Positions 1-8,255 of a DNA stretch of 32,000 nucleotides are shown here, in pieces (the first letter of the stretch is position 1; the number at the start of each line of letters is the position of its first letter). The stretch is from positions 1,260,001 to 1,292,000 of the forward strand of contig NC_002939.5 in NCBI RefSeq assembly GCF_000007985.2, in the 5' to 3' direction. The DNA is from Geobacter sulfurreducens PCA. GTDB lineage: Bacteria; Desulfobacterota; Desulfuromonadia; Geobacterales; Geobacteraceae. The notes beneath the pieces are model-generated. The model saw nothing but the letters and a program-made list of their open reading frames with translations. It did no database searches and had not been told where the DNA came from. A program made the position numbers and the translations under genes.

Positions 1-969
1 GGTGATGGTTGGCGCCTCAAGGGTCAGGTTGCCCGAGTTGCCGCTCGAATTATCGGTCAACAGGTGCACGGCGGCATCGGAGGGATCGCCCTCGATCTTC
101 CGGGTGGAGATCGTTTCGCCATCCGCCACGATCAGTTCCGTGCCGGCCTGGAGATGGAGCGACTGGCCCTTGCTGTAAATTGATCCATAGTTCTCGACGC
201 TTTGAGCAGCCACAATTTCAATGCCGCCGTTGCGCGCGACGATGTTGTTGCCGCTTTCAAGTCCGTCCGCGTTGACCATGGCTCTGAAGAGCGAACCCGT
301 GTCGGCTGCTGTCCCGTAGGTGCCGGTGGAAGTGATCGTTCCGCTGTTGACGACGCTGCCGCCGCTGAGGCGAATAGTGCCGAGGGCATTGATCTGCCCC
401 CTGATCGAAATGAGCCCGTCGGGGTTTATGGGGACTGTGCCGTTCAGCATCATGGCGGCGGCACTTTCAGAGGGGACACCGGGGGCCAGGAAAAAGCTCT
501 CCATGAATGACGTGGTGGGCGTCATGACGGACAGGGCGCCGACGTTGACGCTTCCCGACGCGCCGACCAGAAAGCCGTAGGGGTTCGCGAAGAAGACGTT
601 ACCGCCGATGCGGCCGTCCTTGTAAGCGTTGAGGATGCCGTCGATGGTACTTGCCTGGCCGTGGACCAGGTTCAGGAGGTTGACGGCGCTGTCCGGTACG
701 TGAAGGTTGACCACGTTACCCCGGTAGACGTCGAAGGTCTGGAAAGAGTTGTAGGCATTGGCGCCACGGACGGTGGAGGTGGTGACGTCAGTGACGTTGT
801 CCCTGATGGTGAGGGAGGTGCCGGTTCTGCCATCGGGAACGATCTGGGCGGGGAAGGCCTGGGGCGGGAGAGAGAGGGTCAGTGCTGCGCTGAGAGAAAC
901 CAGTTTTCTGAAGGTGCTGCGTTTGCCGGTAAAGGCGCCAAGTGTCCTTTTGGCTCGTTTTCCGTTCAT
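1..969 (-). CDS. Two-partner-secretion exoprotein (TpsA / filamentous haemagglutinin family), N-terminal 323 codons only; the ORF runs off the left edge
   Basis: I checked the minus frame codon by codon from 969 to 1 and found no stop; it is not in the ORF track because no stop lies in the window. ATG at 969-967 follows GGAGG (980-976). Translation starts MNGKRAKRTLGAFTGKRSTFRKLVSLSAALTLSLPPQAFPAQ (signal peptide). It continues ...ANAYNSFQTFDVYRGNVVNLHVPDSAVNLLNLVHGQASTIDGILNAYKDGRIGGNVFFANPYGFLVGASGSVNVGAL, the haemagg_act/TPS secretion-domain signature (NxF..FxV, V.G...S.I.G.L, NPxG). Confidence 0.8.
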   Translation of the reverse strand, partial: MNGKRAKRTLGAFTGKRSTFRKLVSLSAALTLSLPPQAFPAQIVPDGRTGTSLTIRDNVTDVTTSTVRGANAYNSFQTFDVYRGNVVNLHVPDSAVNLLNLVHGQASTIDGILNAYKDGRIGGNVFFANPYGFLVGASGSVNVGALSVMTPTTSFMESFFLAPGVPSESAAAMMLNGTVPINPDGLISIRGQINALGTIRLSGGSVVNSGTITSTGTYGTAADTGSLFRAMVNADGLESGNNIVARNGGIEIVAAQSVENYGSIYSKGQSLHLQAGTELIVADGETISTRKIEGDPSDAAVHLLTDNSSGNSGNLTLEAPTIT

Positions 970-1052
970 GGAAAGCCTCCCACTGCGCCGTGCCGGTGCA
1001 GATGACCCGTCCTGGGTAGAAATGGTATGAGATTTTGAATGTATGCATTTTA

Positions 1053-1080
1053 ATAATACGTTGATTGTCCGAAGAGTCAA
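1053..1080 (-). promoter_or_regulatory. Candidate sigma70-type promoter for the TpsA gene
   Basis: On the minus strand: TTGACT (1080-1075), 16-nt spacer, TATTAT (1058-1053). It lies in an AT-rich stretch about 85 nt upstream of the ATG at 969. Confidence 0.45.
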
Positions 1081-1125
1081 TGGGTTACTGCGGGCCAGCT
1101 GGTGGTGGCGATGAGAAGTGCAACG

Positions 1126-1148
1126 AAAAAGGGAGCCGAACGGCTCCC
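1126..1148 (-). terminator. Rho-independent terminator downstream of the glutaredoxin-like gene
   Basis: Stem GGGAGCC (1131-1137) / GGCTCCC (1142-1148) with a 4-nt loop. Read on the minus strand it is followed by TTTTT (1130-1126). It sits 33 nt after the stop at 1181-1183. Confidence 0.75.
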
Positions 1149-1180
1149 TTTAGGTTTCGGAATATCTCCGACAAACGGTA

Positions 1181-1552
1181 CTATTTCTTGGACTGGACCT
1201 CTTTTACCGCCTTTTCGAATGCTTCGGGACTGAACCCCTTGAGCACCTTGTCATTGCCGATGATGATCACCGGCACGCCCTGGCTCTTGTATTTCTTCGT
1301 CAGCTCTTCCATCGCCGTGGCGTCCAGTTCCACGTCTTTGTTGATGAACGGAATGTTTTTGGTTGTGAAGTACTCCTTGGCCTCCTTGCAGTGGGGGCAC
1401 CACGCCACCGAGTAGAGAACCACCTTCGGGTAGGTCTGTTTTTTGGCGGACGCGTCGATCTTGCTCTGGGTGGGAGATACGTCGGCAGCCAGAACCGGCA
1501 CGGCCAGAGCCGCAATCGCCAGAACGCATGCCGCAGTGAATATTTTACGCAT
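1181..1552 (-). CDS. Exported glutaredoxin/thioredoxin-fold protein (WCPHC active site)
   Basis: Track ORF 1181..1687 trimmed to the internal ATG at 1552, which follows AAGGAGAAG. The product starts MRKIFTAACVLAIAALAVPVLAA (signal peptide). It then reads VVLYSVAWCPHCKEAKEYF...GVPVIIIG...GF, the glutaredoxin-family layout. Confidence 0.8.
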   Translation of the reverse strand: MRKIFTAACVLAIAALAVPVLAADVSPTQSKIDASAKKQTYPKVVLYSVAWCPHCKEAKEYFTTKNIPFINKDVELDATAMEELTKKYKSQGVPVIIIGNDKVLKGFSPEAFEKAVKEVQSKK

Positions 1553-1644
1553 GAATCTCTTCTCCTTTGCTGTACAATTGGCTTCGTCGTTCCTCCAGAC
1601 TATACCGAAGGGGAAGGGCAAGTCAAATGGGTAGGGGACACGCC

Positions 1645-3030
1645 ATGAACGAGCGGATACGGATACGGGAGATACTGGCCGGAACACCAGCCGGTACGGA
1701 AGTGATCGTCAAGGGGTGGGTCAGGACGAGTCGCGTCGGCAAGGGGGTTGCCTTTCTTGCGGTGAATGACGGATCGTGTCTGGCGAGTCTCCAGGTGGTG
1801 GCCGAACCGGGACTCGCCAACTACCATGAGCTGCGGGGCATCGGCACCGGCGCCGCCGTGGCGGTCCGGGGGATCGTTGCCGAATCGCCGGCCGCGGGGC
1901 AGGCCGTCGAACTCCACGCGACGAAGGTGGTCGTGGTCGGAGGCGCCGACGAACAGTATCCCCTGCAGAAGAAGCGCCACACCTTCGAGTACCTGCGGAC
2001 CATTGCCCACTTGCGTCCCCGCTCCAACACCTTCGGCGCGGTGTTCCGCGTCCGCTCGTCGCTGGCCCAGGCTGTTCACCGTTTCTTTGCCGAACGGGGC
2101 TTTCTCTACGTCCATACCCCTATCATCACCACCAGCGACTGCGAAGGGGCAGGCGAACTGTTCCGGGTCACCACTCTCGATCCGTCGGCCCCACCCATGG
2201 CGGACGGCGCGGTCGATTTCAGCCAGGATTTCTTCGCGGCCCAGGCGGGGCTCACCGTCAGCGGCCAGCTTGAGGGTGAACTCTTTGCCCAGGCATTTTC
2301 CGATATTTACACCTTCGGGCCTACCTTCAGGGCTGAAAATTCCAACACTCCCCGCCATGCCGCCGAATTCTGGATGATCGAGCCCGAAATGGCCTTTGCC
2401 GACCTGAGGGACGATGCCGCGCTGGCCGAGGATTTTTTCCGTTACCTGTGTCGCCACGTTCTGGACAACTGCGCCGAGGACATGGCCTTTTTCAACGAAC
2501 ACGTGGACCGTGGGCTACTCGCCCGGGTAGAGCAGGTGGCCGGTTCATCCTTTGCCATGATGGAGTACGGCGTGGCCATCGAGCACCTGAAGCGGGCCGC
2601 GGTCCCCTTCGAGTACCCGGTCGAGTGGGGTCTCGACCTCCAGACCGAGCATGAGCGTTACCTGACCGAGCAGGTGGTGGGCGGGCCGGTCTTCGTGGTC
2701 AACTATCCTCAGGAGATCAAGGCCTTCTACATGCGCCGGAATGACGACGGCAGAACCGTGGCGGCCATGGATCTGCTGGTCCCCAAGGTGGGCGAGATCA
2801 TCGGTGGCAGCCAGCGGGAGGAGCGGTACGATCTTCTGGAATCCCGCATGCGCGAGGGCGGCATTGCTCCCGAGAGCCTCTGGTGGTACCTGGACTCCCG
2901 CCGCTGGGGCTCGACTCCCCACGCCGGTTTCGGCCTCGGTTTCGAGCGTCTCATTATGTACCTGACCGGCATGGAGAATATCCGCGACGTGATCCCGTTC
3001 CCCCGTACCCCGCGCCACGCGGAGTTTTGA
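1645..3030 (+). CDS. asnS: Asparaginyl-tRNA synthetase
   Basis: Start reset to MNERIRIREIL. OB-fold N-terminus (VKGWVRTSRVGKGVAFLAVNDGS). Class II motifs FRAENSNTPRHAAEFWMIEPE and GFGLGFERLIMYLTG. 461 aa, typical AsnRS size. Confidence 0.93.
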   Translation: MNERIRIREILAGTPAGTEVIVKGWVRTSRVGKGVAFLAVNDGSCLASLQVVAEPGLANYHELRGIGTGAAVAVRGIVAESPAAGQAVELHATKVVVVGGADEQYPLQKKRHTFEYLRTIAHLRPRSNTFGAVFRVRSSLAQAVHRFFAERGFLYVHTPIITTSDCEGAGELFRVTTLDPSAPPMADGAVDFSQDFFAAQAGLTVSGQLEGELFAQAFSDIYTFGPTFRAENSNTPRHAAEFWMIEPEMAFADLRDDAALAEDFFRYLCRHVLDNCAEDMAFFNEHVDRGLLARVEQVAGSSFAMMEYGVAIEHLKRAAVPFEYPVEWGLDLQTEHERYLTEQVVGGPVFVVNYPQEIKAFYMRRNDDGRTVAAMDLLVPKVGEIIGGSQREERYDLLESRMREGGIAPESLWWYLDSRRWGSTPHAGFGLGFERLIMYLTGMENIRDVIPFPRTPRHAEF

Positions 3031-3064
3031 GAATCATAGCATAGTACGTTCCGGAGCTCGCACC

Positions 3065-3346
3065 ATGTTCGTTCACTCGCTCTGTCTTCACCTTCACCTG
3101 CCGAGCCATTCCCTCAAGGGGAAGCGGGGGATCGTCAAGAGCATCCTGGCCCGGGCGAGGCAGGACTTCAACGTGTCCGCCGCCGAGGTGGACCTCCAGG
3201 ATGTCCCGGACGAGGCGGTGCTCGCCTTCGCAACGGTCACGGGTGACCGGTCTCCCGGCCGGCATCTCCTTGAACGCCTGGAGGACCGGATCGCCGAGGA
3301 GCGCCCCGACGTTACTATTGTTGCGGCCGAGTTCGAGGAGCGCTGA
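3065..3346 (+). CDS. DUF503 (YlxP-like) family protein
   Basis: 93 aa. MFVHSLCLHLHLPSHSLKGKRGIVKSILARARQDFNVSAAEVDLQD matches the DUF503 pattern (h.l.l.lp...SLKeKR...k.l..r....FNVS.AEVd.QD). Confidence 0.75.
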   Translation: MFVHSLCLHLHLPSHSLKGKRGIVKSILARARQDFNVSAAEVDLQDVPDEAVLAFATVTGDRSPGRHLLERLEDRIAEERPDVTIVAAEFEER

Positions 3347-3376
3347 CCCCGCTGGACGGCTCGTCGGCACAGAACG

Positions 3377-3404
3377 GATAAAGAGGACCGATTTTATCTT
3401 TTTT
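3377..3404 (+). terminator. Weak candidate intrinsic terminator after the DUF503 gene
   Basis: AT-rich 6-bp stem GATAAA (3377-3382) / TTTATC (3393-3398) followed by a T-run (3399-3404). The stem is short and weak. Confidence 0.3.
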
Positions 3405-3492
3405 GGGTTGACCTTTTTTGGATTCATGGTAAGGTTGAGACCGTGCCCGTTGGCATGTGATCCAATCAAGACCTGTCAAGGAGGAAGCAACC

Positions 3493-4071
3493 ATGGCCTA
3501 TGAAGCAAAAGACTATTCGAAACTGATCGGGATGGCGGGATTCAGCGAGGCTCTCCTGAAGAACCATTTCACCCTTTATCAGGGTTATGTGACCAATACG
3601 AACAAGGTGCTCGACATCCTCGCCAAAATGCTCGCCGACGGTGCCACTGCCACTCCCGAGTATGCGGAGCTGAAGCGGCGCCTGGGATGGGAGTTCAACG
3701 GCATGCGGCTCCACGAGTTCTATTTCGAGAATCTCGGCGGCAACGGTGCCATCGACCAGGCCGGCAAGCTGGCCGCGAAAATTGTTGCCGACTTCGGCAG
3801 CTATGAGGCGTGGGAGAAGGATTTCCGGGCCACCGGCGCCATGCGGGGTATCGGCTGGGCAGTGCTCTACCAGGATTCGGCCACCGGCAAGCTCATTAAC
3901 TTCTGGGTCAACGAGCACGACGTTGCTCATCCGGCCGGCTGCACTCCCATCCTGATCATGGATGTCTTCGAGCATGCCTTTATGCTCGATTACGGTCTCA
4001 AGCGTCCCGACTACATCGAGGCCTTCTTCAAGAATATCGACTGGAAGGCCGCCGAGGCACGGTTGAAATAA
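3493..4071 (+). CDS. sodA: Fe/Mn-family superoxide dismutase (short, divergent type)
   Basis: ATG at 3493 follows AGGAGGAAG. Metal-ligand contexts LLKNHFTLYQGYV, NGMRLHEFYF and DVFEHAFMLDY are in SOD order (H, H, D..H). 192 aa. Confidence 0.85.
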   Translation: MAYEAKDYSKLIGMAGFSEALLKNHFTLYQGYVTNTNKVLDILAKMLADGATATPEYAELKRRLGWEFNGMRLHEFYFENLGGNGAIDQAGKLAAKIVADFGSYEAWEKDFRATGAMRGIGWAVLYQDSATGKLINFWVNEHDVAHPAGCTPILIMDVFEHAFMLDYGLKRPDYIEAFFKNIDWKAAEARLK

Positions 4072-4091
4072 CCCAGTTCAGATCGGACACA

Positions 4092-4118
4092 GGGGGCGCT
4101 TACGGCGCCCCCTTTTTT
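4092..4118 (+). terminator. Rho-independent terminator after sod
   Basis: GGGGGCGC (4092-4099) / GCGCCCCC (4105-4112), then TTTTTT (4113-4118). Confidence 0.85.
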
Positions 4119-4176
4119 CTTCCGGCAATCGGGAGCGTGCCGACCGGCCGCGGCGGGACCACAGGAGGTGACAGCC

Positions 4177-4680
4177 ATGAAAGGACTCATCATCAGTGCC
4201 GACCAGTTCGAGGATTCTGAACTTCTCATCCCCTACTACCGCCTGCTGGAAGAGGGGATTCCGGTCCGGATCGCGGCCCCGGCCCGCGGCACCATCACGG
4301 GCAAGCACGGCTATGCGGTGACAGCTGACCTGGCGCTTGCCGAGGTCGCTGCCGACGACTACACCATCCTCATTCTGCCGGGGGGAAAAGCACCTGCTGC
4401 CGTGAGGCGGGAGCCGGCGGCCCTGGAGATATGCCGGAGTTTCTTTGCCCATGTCAGGCCGGTAGCCGCCATCTGTCACGGTCCCCAGACGCTGGTCAGC
4501 GCCGGACTCCTGTCGGGCAGGCGCGCCACCTGCTACCGCTCGGTGGCCGATGAGCTGCGCGGCGCGGGCGCCCTCTACGAGGATAGTGAAGTGGTGGTGG
4601 ACGGCAACCTGATCACCTCCCGCGAGCCGGCGGATCTTCCGGCCTTCATGCGGGAGATAATGAAAAAGCTGAAGGGATAG
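4177..4680 (+). CDS. DJ-1/PfpI family protein (type 1 glutamine amidotransferase-like, putative protease/glyoxalase)
   Basis: ATG at 4177 lies 9 nt after GGAGG (4164-4168); the track start at 4168 is a GTG overlapping the SD. LILPGGKAP and the nucleophile elbow AAICHGPQTL are characteristic of PfpI/DJ-1. Confidence 0.85.
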   Translation: MKGLIISADQFEDSELLIPYYRLLEEGIPVRIAAPARGTITGKHGYAVTADLALAEVAADDYTILILPGGKAPAAVRREPAALEICRSFFAHVRPVAAICHGPQTLVSAGLLSGRRATCYRSVADELRGAGALYEDSEVVVDGNLITSREPADLPAFMREIMKKLKG

Positions 4681-4691
4681 GGGGGCGCGAC

Positions 4692-5105
4692 ATGAAACGG
4701 CTTCTGCTGATTGTCATGGTCTTATTCGTGGGAGTGGTGCCTGCCCTGGGAAACGGCGCGGGTGAAAAGGTGGAATTCCGTGCCACTATCGGAGACGATG
4801 GCGTGCAGCGGGTGCGGATAGTCGGGGGCGAGTACTACTACCGGCCCAACCATATCATCGTCAAGGTGAATGTGCCGGTTGAGATCACGGCAACCAACGA
4901 CTCCCGCGTCGTTCCCCATGACCTGATCGTGAAGGCGCCGGAGGCGGGCATGGATTTTCGCATCGATCTGAAGAAGGATGCACAGGCGGTCCGCTTCACA
5001 CCCACCAAGGTGGGGGTCTATCCCATGTACTGCGACAAGAAGCTTCTTTTCTTCGCCAGCCATCGCGAAAAGGGGATGGAGGGGGTCATCGAGGTGGTTG
5101 AGTAG
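4692..5105 (+). CDS. Exported cupredoxin-like domain protein (putative type-1 copper site)
   Basis: Signal peptide MKRLLLIVMVLFVGVVPALG. The beta-rich body carries the candidate ligand set H (VVPHDL), C (YPMYC), H (FASH) and M (EKGM) in cupredoxin order. Confidence 0.65.
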   Translation: MKRLLLIVMVLFVGVVPALGNGAGEKVEFRATIGDDGVQRVRIVGGEYYYRPNHIIVKVNVPVEITATNDSRVVPHDLIVKAPEAGMDFRIDLKKDAQAVRFTPTKVGVYPMYCDKKLLFFASHREKGMEGVIEVVE

Positions 5106-5183
5106 ATTGCCGACCGGTGGTATGGTGTTGCGATGCGCCGGCACCGCATCCGGCCGCCACTTTCTCCGTTCGGAGTCCATGCC

Positions 5184-6398
5184 ATGGGTCATGAGGATCT
5201 GCAGAAACTGAAAATCGACAAAGCGGCGGCACTCCGCCCCGCTGCCCGGCGCAGGCCCCTCTACTGGATCGGGGCGGCCGTTGCCCTTGCGCTGCTGCTG
5301 GTCCTGTTCGCAACCGGCGTTCTCACTCCGGCCGTGACCGTTGAAACCGGCACGGTGACCCAGGTGTACCCGTCCCAGACCTTTACCCTGCTCAACGCCA
5401 GCGGATACGTGGTGGCCCAGCGTAAGGCGGCCGTTGCTGCGAAGCTCACTGGCCGGCTGGTCTGGCTCGGCGTAGAGGAGGGGAGCAGGGTCCGCAAAGG
5501 AGATGTGCTGGCCCGGCTGGAGAGCGACGATGCCGCTGCCGGCCGGGATCAGGCGGCCGCCAACCTGGGCACGGCCCGGGCGAGCCTGGACCAGGCCCGG
5601 GCCGAGCTGACCGATGCCAGCCAGGCCTATGAGCGGCAGAAGCAGCTCGTGCGCGAGGGGATCGTGGCAAAGGCCGATTTTGACGCGGCAGAGGCCCGCT
5701 TCCTCCGGGCCCGGGCCGCAGTGACCGCCGCCGAGTCATCAATCCGCGCCGCCTCGGCCGCCCTGCGAGGGGCGGAGGTGAACCTGGAGTATTCCCTCAT
5801 CCGCGCCCCCTTCGATGCCGTGGTCCTGACCAAGAATGCGGACGTGGGCGACATCGTCACCCCCATCGGCGCCGCTGCCGACGCCAAGGCCGCCGTGGTC
5901 AGCATCGCAGACTTGGCATCGCTCCAGGTAGAAGCGGATGTTTCTGAATCCAACTTGGCCAAGGTCAAGGAGGGACAGCCGTGCGAGATCCAGCTCGACT
6001 CTTTGCCGGATGAGCGCTTCCGGGGCTTCGTCCACATGATCGTCCCCACGGCTGATCGCTCCAAGGCGACAGTTCTGGTGAAGGTCCGCTTTGAGAAACT
6101 TGACCCTCGTATCCTCCCCGAGATGAGCGCCAAGGTGGCATTTTTGGAGCGGCCGGTGGCCGCGGGGGAAGAGAAGCCGAAGACCGCCGTGAATCCTGCC
6201 GCCGTGGCCGATCGGGACGGCCGCAAGGTCCTTTTCGTTCTGAAGGGAGACCGGGTGGCCGCCGTGCCCGTGACCCTCGGCGCCCGCCAGGGAGACATGG
6301 TGGAGGTTGTCTCCGGCGCCAAGGCCGGGGACAGGATCGTCGTCAAGCCCCTGGACAAGCTCAAGGACGGCACCCGCGTCAAAACGGCGGAGAAGTAG
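5184..6398 (+). CDS. Efflux periplasmic adaptor (HlyD / MacA-like membrane fusion protein)
   Basis: Start reset to MGHEDLQKLKIDK (ATG 5184). N-terminal TM segment PLYWIGAAVALALLLVLFATGVL. Coiled-coil hairpin (AAANLGTARASLDQARAELTDASQAYERQKQL...). Beta-barrel C-terminus. The stop abuts the next ATG. Confidence 0.85.
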   Translation: MGHEDLQKLKIDKAAALRPAARRRPLYWIGAAVALALLLVLFATGVLTPAVTVETGTVTQVYPSQTFTLLNASGYVVAQRKAAVAAKLTGRLVWLGVEEGSRVRKGDVLARLESDDAAAGRDQAAANLGTARASLDQARAELTDASQAYERQKQLVREGIVAKADFDAAEARFLRARAAVTAAESSIRAASAALRGAEVNLEYSLIRAPFDAVVLTKNADVGDIVTPIGAAADAKAAVVSIADLASLQVEADVSESNLAKVKEGQPCEIQLDSLPDERFRGFVHMIVPTADRSKATVLVKVRFEKLDPRILPEMSAKVAFLERPVAAGEEKPKTAVNPAAVADRDGRKVLFVLKGDRVAAVPVTLGARQGDMVEVVSGAKAGDRIVVKPLDKLKDGTRVKTAEK

Positions 6399-7094
6399 AT
6401 GAGCGAAACGCGGGAACCCATCGTCGCCATCCGCAATCTTTCCAAGTCCTACCGCCGGGGGGCGCAACTGATCCCGGTCCTCCAGGACATTACCCTGGAC
6501 ATTGCCGCCGGGGAGTTCCTGGCGCTCATGGGACCGTCCGGCTCGGGTAAAAGCACGCTCCTGAACCTGGTTGCAGGGATCGACAAGGCCGACGCGGGGA
6601 CCATCACCATAGGCGGCGTGGAGATCACGACCCTCTCCGAGGCCGCACTGGCCTCCTGGCGAGCCGCGCACGTGGGGTTCATCTTCCAATTCTACAACCT
6701 GATTCCGGTATTGACGGCCTTCGAAAACGTGGAGTTGCCGCTGCTCCTGACGGGGCTTTCCCGGCGGCAACGGCGCGAGCATGTGGAAACCGTACTCTCG
6801 CTGGTGGGGCTCTCCGACCGGATGGACCACTACCCCTCCCAGCTTTCGGGGGGACAGCAGCAGCGCGTGGCCGTTGCCCGGGCCATGGTGACCGATCCGG
6901 ATATTCTGGTGGCTGACGAACCCACCGGTGACCTGGACCGGGTTTCGGCAGGAGAGGTGCTGGCCCTCATGGAACGCCTGGTGTCAGGGTTCGGCAAGAC
7001 CATCATCATGGTTACCCACGATCCCCGGGCTGCAGAGCAGGCCCACCGGCTCCTCCACCTGGAGAAGGGTGAACTGACCGACGGGGCCGGCTAG
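6399..7094 (+). CDS. ABC transporter ATP-binding protein (MacB/LolD-type)
   Basis: Walker [10 protein letters not shown], signature [15 protein letters not shown], Walker [13 protein letters not shown]. The LolD/MacB-like [18 protein letters not shown] segment is present. Confidence 0.93.
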   Translation: MSETREPIVAIRNLSKSYRRGAQLIPVLQDITLDIAAGEFLALMGPSGSGKSTLLNLVAGIDKADAGTITIGGVEITTLSEAALASWRAAHVGFIFQFYNLIPVLTAFENVELPLLLTGLSRRQRREHVETVLSLVGLSDRMDHYPSQLSGGQQQRVAVARAMVTDPDILVADEPTGDLDRVSAGEVLALMERLVSGFGKTIIMVTHDPRAAEQAHRLLHLEKGELTDGAG

Positions 7095-7097
7095 CCG

Positions 7098-8255
7098 ATG
7101 TTCATCATCAAGCTCCTCATCCGCAACGCCTTTCGCCACAAGCTCCGGACGGGGCTTACCATCGTGGGGGTTGCCATCGCCATTGTGGCCTTCGGCCTGT
7201 TGCGGACACTGGTGGACCTCTGGTACGCGGGGGTTGAGGCGTCCTCGGCCTCCCGTCTCATTACGCGCAACTCCATCTCCCTCGTTTTCCCCCTCCCGAT
7301 TTCCTACAAAGACCGGATCCGCCAAGTGCCGGGGGTTCGCGACGTTTCCTGGGGCAACTGGTTCGGCGGCATCTACAAGGAAGAGAAGAATTTTTTCCCC
7401 AGTTTTGCCGTAGAGCCCCGCAGTTTCCTGGCCATGTACCCGGAGTACCGGGTCGACCCCGTGGAGTTGAAGTCATTCCTCCTGGACCGGAAAGGGGCCA
7501 TGGTGGGAGCCAAGACCGCCGAGCGTTTCGGCTGGAAGGTGGGGGATCAGGTGATGCTCCGGGGGACCATCTTCCCCGGGCAATGGGAGTTTGTCATCCG
7601 GGGCATCTACCATGGGGCAGCAAAGAGCACCGATGAAACCCAGTTTTTCTTCCACTGGGATTACCTGAACGAGGTCATGCGGCGAACGGTGCCCCGGCGG
7701 GCCGATCAGGCGGGGTATTACATCATCGAGCTGAAAAAGCCCGATCAGGCGGCGGAGGTCTCCCTGGCCGTGGATGCCACCTTCAGGAATTCCCTGGCAG
7801 AGACCCTGACCGAGACGGAACGGGCATTCCAGATGAGCTTCGTGTCCATGACCGAGGCCATCGTCATCGCCATCCAGATCGTCTCCTACGTGGTAATCGT
7901 CATCATCATGGTCGTGGCGGCAAACACCATGGCCATGACGGCCCGGGAGCGGATTCCCGAGTACGCCACCCTCAAGACCCTCGGCTTCGGCGGGCTCCAC
8001 ATCGCGGGAGTGATCTTCGGCGAATCGCTCGTCATCGCCATGGCGGGCGGAGTGACCGGGGTAATCCTCACTTTTCCCGCGGCCCGCTGGATCGAAACCG
8101 AGCTGTCCCAGTTCTTTCCCGTGTTCACCGTGGCCCCGTCCACCATCTGCATGGACCTGGCGGCAGCCTTCATCGTGGGGGCGGTGGCCGGCATCTTCCC
8201 CACCTGGCGCGGGGTGACCATCCGTATCGCCGAGGGTCTCAGGAGAGTCGGATAG
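7098..8255 (+). CDS. ABC transporter permease, FtsX/MacB-type (4 TM plus periplasmic domain), paralogue 1
   Basis: 385 aa. N-terminal TM, about 200-aa periplasmic domain, C-terminal FtsX-like TM bundle (REYATLKTLGF...). Confidence 0.88.
   Translation: MFIIKLLIRNAFRHKLRTGLTIVGVAIAIVAFGLLRTLVDLWYAGVEASSASRLITRNSISLVFPLPISYKDRIRQVPGVRDVSWGNWFGGIYKEEKNFFPSFAVEPRSFLAMYPEYRVDPVELKSFLLDRKGAMVGAKTAERFGWKVGDQVMLRGTIFPGQWEFVIRGIYHGAAKSTDETQFFFHWDYLNEVMRRTVPRRADQAGYYIIELKKPDQAAEVSLAVDATFRNSLAETLTETERAFQMSFVSMTEAIVIAIQIVSYVVIVIIMVVAANTMAMTARERIPEYATLKTLGFGGLHIAGVIFGESLVIAMAGGVTGVILTFPAARWIETELSQFFPVFTVAPSTICMDLAAAFIVGAVAGIFPTWRGVTIRIAEGLRRVG

Noticed and set aside
1567-1644. N-terminal extensions of track ORFs (asnS from 1567; also 1687, 3457, 5133, 11874, 12800, 13274, 14648, 20161, 28698)
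   Set aside because: The extensions lack an SD, often start at GTG/TTG, read through divergent promoter regions, and add non-homologous residues ahead of the canonical family N-termini. Internal ATGs with good SD spacing were preferred.
5739-6830. 363-aa minus-strand ORF (and the similar ones at 7886-8989, 15877-17013, 14695-15630, 1600-2502, 12641-13249)
   Set aside because: All are antisense to genes with clear family signatures. They span gene junctions and have biased, motif-free translations. These are high-GC shadow ORFs.
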